DNA of 64,000 nt, from the NCBI GenBank assembly GCA_965649825.1, contig OZ287698.1:62001-126000 (forward strand). Reading direction: 5' to 3'. Positions 27,865 to 37,786 of the stretch are shown one piece after another. Source of the stretch: Penicillus capitatus. Its lineage: Eukaryota; Plantae; Chlorophyta. Both the position numbers and the translations under genes were made by a program. Position 1 is the first letter of the stretch; each line of letters starts with the position of its first letter. The notes beneath the pieces are model-generated. The model ran no database searches, was not told where the DNA came from, and saw only the letters and a program-made list of their open reading frames with translations.

Positions 27865-28483
27865 ATGCAAGAAAGAGCCGTTACCACCTCTCTCTTTCTC
27901 AGACGCTCGAGGTTCCAGGTGTCCTGCAAGGCGAATACGGATAAGAGAGAGAAGAGAAATAGCACGGGTCGGTCTCTGTGTGGAAGATCTCATCTCCTGA
28001 GAGAGTGGTTGGCACTGCATAGGCGAAAAGACACGTCGAGCCATACTCCTAGGCGCTCTGCCGATCGGAGTGGGTGCCTGCGTCGAAGTCTTGTCACGCC
28101 CACCGATCGTCAAACCTTTCAAAACACGAAAAGAAATCCAAATTCGAAAGGAAAAAGCAGCCGTAGTGCCTCCTATGAGGTTTAGTCTCGACCAGCATCT
28201 GCTGTAGATTCTCCTTGAAAAAGCAAACGAGGCAATGGGAGTCAAAAACTACGCACGAGCTGTTGATCTCTATACCGCCGTCATTGAATTGGCTCCTCGA
28301 AGCTATGTTCTCTGCATGAAAGCGCTTTTGGGACGAAGAGATGCCTATCTGGAACTTGGACTTAATAGGAGATCATCGAGTGATGCCCGACGAGAATTTG
28401 GATGGGGAAGAGGAATACGTTGGCCAGGATGGTATATCATCACTGCCATTGTTATCCGAAACGAATTCATGTGTGATGAATGA
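27865..28483 (+). CDS. Small TPR-like protein with putative plastid/thylakoid targeting
   Basis: Spliced: transit-like N-terminus, RRAILLGAL (twin-Arg plus hydrophobic), TPR-like ANEAMGVKNYARAVDLYTAVIELAP..ALLGRRDAYLELG, C-terminal WGRGIRWPGWY. Confidence 0.6.
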
Positions 28484-28786
28484 CGAGTTCGGCCCTTTGT
28501 TTTGTTAGTGTTCTGTATAGCTTGTCGATATTCTCACCTCCTCTAAGAACAGAGAGACGGACTTGATGTTATCTATCTTCAGACCGGGCCGCTGTTATCG
28601 TCTGTCAGATCGTTCCTTACTCTTTCCCATACAACGGCGAGGATGTGGGATTTGTTCTCGCCTCGCTGTCGCCACGCGTTGCCAACGATCTAAGTTTTTG
28701 TTCGGCACAGATCGCACCGTTGCCCCGGCGGTTACACGATAGATAATCATGCCTGCCTAAAATGCGTCGTTTTATACGATACCTTC

Positions 28787-29849
28787 ATGACTCCTCACGC
28801 TTCTCTCCTGTCCCTGCGTGCGCGCGGTCTCGTGCGGAGATCCGAGCGACGTCGCTTAATATGCCGAAACTCCATGGGTGTGCACTTGGACCCGCCGGAA
28901 TACGACGCGTCGAAGTCTAAGATTCGTCTGGATCCACCAAAGCACGCCTATGGCCTCTCCGTTGGTCAGATGGCGGCACTAGGTCTGACAGGAGACCAAG
29001 TGCAGAAACGATTTCAAGTCGAAGCAGTAAACACAACCTCGCTCGCATAACAGAATTCCTGACAGAGGTTTCTCATAGGATGCTCTGACAGCAAAAGCAC
29101 ATCTGGGAGGAGAAAGTCTGAGCGAGCACACCCGAATCGCCACGCGCATGGCCGTAGGTCGTCCCTCCAAGAAATCTCCGCCAGATCTCCCCTCACTCAT
29201 TTTGGATGGACGCATCGTCTACATCGGTCTGCCACTGGTTCCCAACGTCACAGAACTTGTGGTCTCTGAGCTCCTCTGGCTGAACTATGATCAGGCAGAT
29301 CAGCCCGTCTATATCTACATCAATTCAACTGGATCTCAGACGCCCGATGGACAAGTTGTCGGGTTTGAAACAGAGACGTTTGCCATTCTGGACACTATGG
29401 CTTACATTCGCCCCACAAAATACACCATTGCTTTGGCACAGGCCCATGGAAATGCAGCTCTGATTTTGGCCTCGGGCAAGAGGGGTCAGCGTTTTTGTAT
29501 GCCCCATACGCATATCAAGCTCCAGGCACCGATCATGAATCAGTCGTACGATGTCTCGACCAATGCAACGATCAAAGCAAACGAGCTGCAGTCGTGCACC
29601 GACACATACATCGAAATGTTAAGTGAGTTCACTGGACGGGATCCGGAGACAGTGAGAAAGGAGAGTGCCAGAGATAAGTATTACACGCCCGAAGCTGCCA
29701 TTGAATACGGTCTGATCGACAAGGTCATCAAAACCCAAGACACCGTGATGTTGGAGAGGGACTACGATCAGATGTTGGCCGAAAACCAGATAGCGCAAAG
29801 CCGTGCAGCAGGACGTGGTGGTGACGAGCCCTCCACAGGTTCTGAGTAA
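28787..29849 (+). CDS. clpR: Plastid Clp protease non-catalytic subunit (ClpR1-like)
   Basis: PPDLPSLILDGRIVYIGLPLVPNVTELVVSELLWLNYD, YIYINSTGSQ, VGFETE; catalytic Ser position replaced (AHGNAAL). Confidence 0.9.
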
Positions 29850-29853
29850 ACCG

Positions 29854-30763
29854 TCAGTCCTCGTCGAACGTGGCAGTCGTTTCAACGAGATCTCTCATAA
29901 GAGTGAGATTGTCTTTTTCTATATCAGCCACTGTAACTCTCTTGCAATTCTCCCATTCAAAATCTTCCTCGCAGTACGCAGACCGCACTTCCATAACGCG
30001 AACAGCTAGACCAACCAATGCAGCTTGATGGATCAGCTTGCAGATAACGAAGGCGACCATACCGATGAGCTTATCTTTTTGGGCCAACTGCCTCAGCCAT
30101 GCATTGCAGTCCATTTTGGACAGATCGCCAATGCAATCCTGCAGAGCTGCAAATCCTTTCGTATTGTAGCTTGCAAGGCTGCCACGTCCTGAACCCTCCA
30201 GCTGAGCCATGATGGCCCTTGAAAAGTGAACCGATAGCACAGTGTTGCGAAGAATCGTCGTCTGGCATTGGATCGGTCTTACCTGGCCGCACAGAATGTG
30301 AATAGCTTTTTCAAAGCCTGTCCTGCTTTCTTCTCGGGGCTGATGCCTCCAAAACTGTTAAAAAGATAAACATTGCGTGATGAGTCTGTGTAGGTACGTG
30401 CCTTTCGGAAGGGACATAGAGATCGCTCGTTGTTACACGTCTTGTCCGACCGAGGGGACGTTTTGACAGGCACCTGAGATGCAGCGAATCCGATCGCACA
30501 CCGCTGCTAAACATCGCGACAGTCCTTGGCAACAAACCGTTCCAGTGACAAGACGTCTCTATCTGTTGTGACGCTATCGCACTATTGCGTAAGCAAAGCA
30601 CTCGATCGTGAAGCATGGAGAACGCTCCAATGTGTGATGGCGATGTTTTGAAGAAGGCGAAGAAATGTGACGAATTAAACACGTCCTCTTTGATTTCTAA
30701 GTCTTTGGCAGCATTCGAAGAATTAAGATGTCTTTCGTTTACAGATCGCATTCCACTGAACAT
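29854..30763 (-). CDS. rbcX: RbcX Rubisco assembly chaperone (class II)
   Basis: YVPSE|SFGGISPEKKAGQALKKLFTFCAAR, AQLEG, RVMEVRSAYCEEDFEWEN, NLTLMR. Start uncertain. Confidence 0.88.
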
Positions 30764-30799
30764 GGGGGCACACTAGCTGCTTCAGAAAGTGATGGCTGC

Positions 30800-31324
30800 A
30801 TTGGACGCCCGTCTCACATGTGTCAGGAAGACGACGGGTCACCTTGACGCGCATCTGAATCTGATCAACAGACCATGATTTGCGAGTGATGTCTCTAGCG
30901 CTATGGGAATCTCACAGTACGTTGTGAGTGGACGATACCGACAAGACAAGGAACGTGCCGTGGTCTTCGATTCACAATTGCCGCAGCCTGTACCGATCTG
31001 TGAAATCTGCAGTTCAAGAAAAGGCTCTGTTTACGCGTCGCGCCTCCGAATCTGTCAGCGGCACACATGTCTGGGCCTCCTTTTCCGTAAGTTCGCTCCG
31101 ACGGTGATGACAACTGCAGACACAAAGCGTCACGTGCCTTTGTCAAAGATATCTTGACGGCAGCACTTATGAGAGGACATCTCCGGATTTTCGCACGCCT
31201 GTGCATTTACCCATGGCAGACTATACGTCAATCCCCAATACGGATTCATTCTTAGACCGATCGCCAAGGTAGTCAAATCGTCCGCCGTCGTTTCGCGTCG
31301 ATAAAGAGACAAGGTGGAGGACAA
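30800..31324 (-). CDS. Possible small multi-exon gene, unassigned
   Basis: ATG at 31324 and several GT/GC..AG-bounded segments; no recognisable motif. Confidence 0.25.
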
Positions 31325-31367
31325 ACGTTAAAGTGCTGGCTGACAGCTGACCGCGCCTGCCAGATAG

Positions 31368-32340
31368 ATGACGTTTCGTTTGCATCCACCTCGTTTGCAA
31401 CACCACCCCTGCATCTGTCGATTGTCTTATCGTCGCAGGAGAGTCGTTATGGAAGCGCAGACTCCGCGGAAGCAACGTGAAAGGAGAGTCGAGTTCTGTA
31501 ATGGCCGAGGGGAAAAACTCGTCGGGACGCTAGTTGAGGCACCGACGGCGAAAACCGTTGTTCTGTGCCATGGATACAGTGATAACAGAGACACAGCGAT
31601 ACTCCAAGCACTTGCCGAACGGATCGATGAGATCCCGCTGTCTTCTTTTCGCTTTGATTTTTCTGGAAATGGAGAGAGTGAAGGGACATTTGAATATGGG
31701 AACTACTGGGAAGAAGTGGAAGACATTCGCAGCGCTGTCAAATACTTAAGAACTGAGAACCGGGAGATTTATGCACTGATCGGTCAGTCGCCACAGTTTT
31801 TTGACACTCGAGATGGTGATGACGTGGCATCTTACAGGACACAGCAAGGCAGGAGGTGATGTGTTGCTCTATGCGTCTCGGTACGACGATGTTCCTGTAA
31901 TTATCAACATCAGCGGAAGATTTCATATGAAGAAAGGGATTGAGGAGAGATTCGGATCAGATATTTTTGATCGACTGGAACGTGAAGGTCAGGTGGAGGT
32001 GCCCCGAAAACTTCCTAATCGTGAAATGAGTTCCTTCATGCTTACTAAGAAAGTGAGATTACGAAGAGTTCGTTAAAATGTGCGAGTAACGAGAATGTGT
32101 CAGTCAATGGATAGTCGTTTGAATTTGGACATGGGAAGTGCCGTGAAGAAGATAACGAAGAGCCGTGTCCTGACGGTTCATGGAAAAGCGGACGTCACCA
32201 TTTCCGTGGAAGATGCTAAAGATTTTGCATCATGTATTGCGCAACATGAGTTGGCGGTAATCGACGAAGCGGATCATAACTTTACGCAACAGAAGCATCT
32301 CCAGGCTCTTGTGGAAAAGAGCATTGCATTCCTTCTCTGA
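31368..32340 (+). CDS. Alpha/beta hydrolase (esterase/thioesterase-like, Hydrolase_4)
   Basis: VVLCHGY, FRFDFSGNGESEG, spliced nucleophile elbow IG|HSKAGG, VLTVHGKAD, EADHNF. Confidence 0.92.
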
Positions 32341-32699
32341 TCGCATCACAGGCACATATCAATCAATGTACGACGGTTAACATGACTGTCGACAGATCAT
32401 GCAGATCAATCAGTAAAGTGAATACACGATTTCAATGAATGTGTATCATTGTCACCGCGGAAGTGCCGCGCCAAACGATAACAGCGGAAGACTTGTTACA
32501 GTGTTCGGAGAAGGTGAGATAAGGTTCAAACTGTTCGTTATATACTCGCATGGTGACGTAACCCTTCTAGAATGGTGAGTCAGCTCGTGTTCAGGGCCAG
32601 AGAAAGACATCCCAAGACGCAGTTGACAAAACAGGCAGCGCCCCTGCGCACGGCTGACCCCCACAGAACAAGGCAGTGTCACATCGCTCGGCGACAATC

Positions 32700-34146
32700 A
32701 TACTTGGTGATGGACTGAAGCGACGGCATTAGGAGACGAGTCTGTGGAATCGAAAAAAACAACTAATTTAATCCGCGTTCGTTTTTTGCTGCCTCGAGAC
32801 GCGCATGAGCTCCGATGGCGACCGAACCACTGCGCTCCGCGCATGACAGTCTGGTTTCGGAGTTAGGCTAGGTTTTCTGGTCTTGGTGCTCGTGCAAGGG
32901 CAGTTGCGGTTCAAATGCGCTCTGGGGCCGAATCGCGGCCACACAAACCAACATCCATGGAAGCGTCTGCAGAAGATGCGTTGTCCGAATCGGAGCCGTA
33001 AGCACAGTCATGGTGGGTGGGCTTGGCTCTGGACGCTCATCTTTCGAGCCAAACTGCCGCCAGTGTTGGTACCCGAGCCGAATGAACATCGCGAAGCCTG
33101 TGACGGCGCGTTCGTCTGCGCGACAGCCGTCCTTGAGGAAGCCGGAGAGTTGGCCGTCTTTGTCGTAAGTCAATTTGGCCGACTACTCTGGTCACCGCTC
33201 GTCTTCACGGAGGGTTTCGTCGCCGCAGCTGTTGACCTCGTCCAAAGCCTCCGCGAAGTGGAAACGGTGGCCCTAGTAGCGTGCTGTGGTTCGCGGGGGA
33301 CGAACGTCGTCCCATGGGGTTTGCTGCGCCTAGTGACAGTGCAGTATATGCAGTAGTCACGTCGCCAGACGCAGCCATCGGAACGGTTGAGTCGACGCGT
33401 AACCACCGTGGCGCGCTGGCCATTGGTCGCGACGAATGTTCGCCTCCGACCTGCCTTTCCAATAATGGTCGGACGATGGTTGCCGAGCATGGGCCGAAGA
33501 TCCCAGCCGTTAGACATAAGGTTAAGGAACTGTTAGCATTGCCTATAATTTCGCGTAGGCACGTTTCAAAACAGATAAACGAGGCGAGGACAAACCCTTA
33601 CAATGGTCTGGAAACTTCGAGGTTCAACAACGACGATCGAATGGTATGTTCCAACGCATCAACTTTAAGCTAATCCTGAATTCGAAGGTTCGGGACGCTT
33701 CCGGCCCCATCGATCTTATCTGTCTTATCTTACGCCGCTCACAAGAACCCACAAACCATTTTGAGTATTTATCGAGAACAGTTGCTGCAAGATAGTTCTC
33801 GAGTTCTTGTTGGTACAACTGAGTGCGTCGTAATCGTCGCCGGCGTGTGCCGTATCGACTCTAAGTTTCTGAAAAAGTTTACACGATCCCAAAAGTCCCC
33901 GTATTCTGTGGGCTGAGCGATTGCGATAAAACTCTCACGCCTGCCAGTCGTTCAGCTATTTTGATACCTTTGGTCGCGGATCCTGTCTTTTTCCGTACCG
34001 TCGACAACTGAAACGCAGCGATTGGTGCAGCAGGAACGCCGAATAGAATCGCGGATCGCCGAGCCAGAGTGTCGACGAAGGCGGCATTAGGAAGCGCTGC
34101 TCGTAGAGACGACGCCGACTACATCGGCTGCGTATACCTCTCCCAT
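32700..34146 (-). CDS. Hypothetical multi-exon gene, unassigned
   Basis: ATG GGA GAG followed by a strong GT donor at 34146, phase-compatible small exons (KLRVDTAHAGDDYDAL...DALEHTIRSSLL), then a Ser/Thr/Ala-rich open region; 3' structure unresolved. Confidence 0.3.
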
Positions 34147-34249
34147 GGGCAAAAACGGATGACGTGTTGGTAATGCGATACGCCAAATCACTTGCAAACT
34201 GGTTGTCCGCCAAGACCGAAGAAGCCAAATTTCTCGAATCTTCAACAAT

Positions 34250-36739
34250 CTACGTGTCACATTTTTTGTTGAGAATTTCGAAAATCTCTTGTTGCCATTC
34301 GAGTTTCAAACGATTGCTGTCATCAATGCGCTGCAAAACATCCGGATGATCTTTTTGAAACGTGAAAAGAACATCAGATAGATAGGAGCTAATCTCATTT
34401 TTCGACATCTTCTTTGCCTGTTCCGTTCGCAACGCCAACAGGGTTACCGCCTTAAGCAAAATCCACGTGTTTAAGAAAGAAAGACAAGAAAGGAGTCACC
34501 TGATGAGACAAAGGAAAGAGAATCGTGCTCTTTTGGACGAGCGCTTGTTTCATGACTTCGATTCTCAAGTTCCAACTTTCAGAAACCGCATTCTCCGCCG
34601 ACGATCCAAACTGAAAAGCTGCCATCCGTCATCGTTTACCAAATCACTGCTACATAAATAGAATCATGGTTACCGTCGGCTGCTTGTGCCAATTCCAAAC
34701 GAATGGTGGGCGCCAAGTCTTCCAAAGCCGGAGGATATGCACGGGCTCCAATCCGAGAAACACTCTGCAATGGGTCCACAGACACACCGTCCTCTTCAAT
34801 CTCCTTAATCACGATCTAATGCAGGAGACGAATTCATTCAAAATAGTGTTTCCTGGAGAAAAAGAATATCAACCTGACCATCCGAAATCGACATGAATTC
34901 CTCGACAATAAAAGTCGGCAAAGAACTTGTATCTGAACTGCTGACTTCATCAGATGAGTCTCTTGGACGCAGTTTCTCTTTGAGCTTCGTTTTGAGTGTT
35001 TCCGACAACTTTGGATCTTTTTCGATAGCGTCGAGTTTGGTCTGGACTTCCTGGTAATGCTGTTGCTGTCCAGAAGCTGCCGAACCATTGACGACGGGGA
35101 CAAGCGTCATGGAACCGGCCCCCATAGATAGGGAAGCCTTGGAAGCCCGTTGAAGAACAGAGGAAAAGAACCTGCAAAAAGGACAGCGACAAAACACATT
35201 CCATTCTCAGTGCAATCAGTGTCAATGCCACACACCTTCGTCGCTCTGCTGTTTCAGAGGCCATGAGTGTCCCATCGATATCCACTAGATTCTCTTTCCC
35301 CTCTCCTTTCTCATTCCTGTCACATTATCCACGAATCTGACCAGCTCACAAATGCACGGAGCGAATGGTGTGTACGATGTCCGTCGAACATCGGCAACGA
35401 GTTCTTGCATCAGGTTCCAGACATCGATCAGTGGTTGGAGGCTGTCGACGATGACCAAGGCGTCTCCTCCTCCTTCATTCCGAATGCTTTCTGCAAGACA
35501 CTGATGATGTTCTCGAATGAAATTCCTGAGAGATACATGCCGCCAAATGCAAGTGCTGCACACAGGGAAGCGAATTGTTCTCCGAGCGATTCCTCGTCCG
35601 ATGCCGCCACAAAGACTGTCTCTTTTACACCTTCCAACTCTCGAAACCGTGACAGAATGGCATTCTGTTCCTCATTCGACTTTCCAACGCAGGCATAGAC
35701 GCGAGACACAGAGGTCGATGTCTGAGCAGCGAGCATGTGTTCGGCCAATCTGGACAGCTCCTGACGGTTCTCTGAGATCAACAAAATGCATTGTCCTCGA
35801 CCAATGGGCGTCAAGATGTCGATTCCCTAAACAAAAAGAACAAACACACCTTCGTTGAGACGCAGAACGCAACATTGTTCTCAGACCCTCCAACCTTGTG
35901 CTGCATCGAGAGAGGCTGAAAAATGCGTTGCCGATCTGAAATATCTAACTGCTTGTTGAGCAGTGGTATCGATTTCTCTCGTGGCTCGATGTGAACAAGC
36001 GTAGATAGAACATTTCCCAGAACCTCTCCCTTCATCCTGTGCTGCTCCGTGGCAATTTTTAAGAATTCGTAGCTCCGCCATCCATCTCTCTCTTCTGTCT
36101 GATACAAGCAGACGGGTGTGAGCGATCACAGACTGCAGTGGCAGTGACCTCGAAGATCTCGCCGCATAGACAACGGACGGTATCATCTGGAGCAGGAAAG
36201 TTGACATCTGCCACCAATGCGAAGCAAACATCTGTTGTGTGTCGCCACAAAAGAATGCTAGAAGACGTTTCTCTGGATATACTGCCGACACATTAGAGTC
36301 CTACCCGCGTTGTCCGTTCTGGAATGCAAGTTCTGTTCCCATTGGGGCCTCGGTCGAAATACCCTCAATCATGGCAATACCTTCTCGGACACCCAACACC
36401 TGTTCCACTGAAAAAGAATAGATGATTCCGAAGCTGCAAAGACGAACAGACTTTCCCAGAATCGAGAAAGGCCTCTTCCGCCGCTTCGCCCTTCTCTGTC
36501 ACAGCAGACCCATCCATGTCGTTCTCAACCTCCAGTCCATCTCGAGAGGCATTGTCGGAGCCAAAGATAGAGATTGGCAATTTCTCATGAAATGCATCGG
36601 AAGAAGAGGACGCTGCAGTACACAAAGATCCCAAACGCGTCTTTCTGGCGGGTGTCTTCGAGAGGAGAACATTTTGCGATCTCCGAGACGATCGTTCTGA
36701 GAACGGTGGAAAGAGGAAGCGTCGAGTAAGGAGGGCCAT
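34250..36739 (-). CDS. Nuclear-encoded, degenerate F1-ATP synthase alpha-subunit-like protein with organellar transit peptide
   Basis: DILTPIGRGQCILLI, VYACVGK, LVIVDSL, SSVLQRASK..GAGSMTLVPVV, FMSISDGQV, DPLQSVSRIG and RLELAQ are colinear with AtpA; the Walker A is lost. Confidence 0.85.
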
Positions 36740-36760
36740 GATGACGACGATACAGGGGGC

Positions 36761-36771
36761 ACGTCACATCA
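36761..36771 (-). promoter_or_regulatory. TGATGTGACGT candidate cis-element 22 bp upstream of the F1-alpha-like ATG (identical copies at 49884 and 58938 upstream of AUG7 and ECO1)
   Basis: Exact 11-mer repeated in the same orientation shortly upstream of three start codons; ACGT core typical of bZIP sites. Confidence 0.35.
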
Positions 36772-37300
36772 CCCTTACCTCAAGGCATCTTCACGGCGCG
36801 TGTCCATTTGGCCGAAGAGCACAAATTGTGTTTGCGTTACGAGTGTGCGTACGTGCAACGTCGTTTCTTCCTTCGACGCTCGTTTCACCAACCTCGCGGC
36901 GACCTATTCGTTTTATGGACGTATGGCTCAGAGCGTCCACCGCCACAACAGCATAGAGCGCAGCGACAGCAGCCATTTCATCACCGAAGTACGTACACCA
37001 TCGCAACTTCCAGGCAGCTTCCATCCCATTCATTCCGCAGCTCATCTTCGAAGATCCGGAAGCGACTAGTGTCCAAAACGTCAAGCATTCGCTCTCCGAA
37101 AAAGAAGGCCAGTTGCCAGTTCTGCCATGTTCTGTACTGAAGTCTCTTCTAGGCATTCCGAGTCGACAGAGGCGTCTGACATTTCCCTTTTCTCCGTCCA
37201 AGTCTGCCGAAGCAGCTCGCTATAACTCCTTCTCCGATCAGATACGGAACGAACTGCACCTCTGGCAGGTACGATGGCGACGGACCGTATTTCGCGGATG
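36766..37300 (-). CDS. Hypothetical small multi-exon gene
   Basis: Open exon YRTWQNWQLAFFFGERMLDVLDTSRFRIFEDELRNEWDGSCLEVAM joined in phase to VAARLVKRASKEETTLH; no family recognised. Confidence 0.35.
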
Positions 37301-37786
37301 ACGCGACAACGTTGTTCGTGGTATTTGTTCGCGGCGACGGTTTCCGTCTTTAAAGTCGTTCAATTTGAACTCGCTTCGTTTTCGCGTTTTAAAGACTTCG
37401 AAGCGTTTTGCGTCTTTTCAAGCCAACACACACATAACGTAATGCTCACCCTCCCTTTCCGTCCCATCTGTTCCGCGTCGTTCTTTGCATTTGTTCTCTC
37501 TCGTGGACGCACTCGTGTTGATACGGATCGCCTGTTTTGCGTTTAGGCTATTGTTTACACCAACGGCAAAGCACTCGGTCGCCTAGTTCAGCCCAGCTTC
37601 ACGTTCAGTACGCCGCAGGAATCCATTCAAAGCTACGAATTTACGTTCGACACATTCTATTACGCAAAGAAGGTGCCCGGACAAAGCAGTGATTCGACAG
37701 CTCTGTGCTTTCCTATCGACACGACATTCGTCACTTCTGACTACACGTGAGCGTTAGCCTTTCGAGGCTGTTCGGGACCGCGTCTC

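Noticed and set aside
33100-33200. Selenocysteine or stop-codon readthrough at in-frame TGAs in the Ser/Thr-rich frame; alternative genetic code
   Set aside because: No homology or SECIS evidence; all well-identified genes use TAA, TAG and TGA as normal stops.
34250-36739. F1-alpha-like locus as a plastid or mitochondrial DNA insertion (NUPT/NUMT)
   Set aside because: It has spliceosomal introns, a transit peptide, nuclear-like composition and deep protein divergence.
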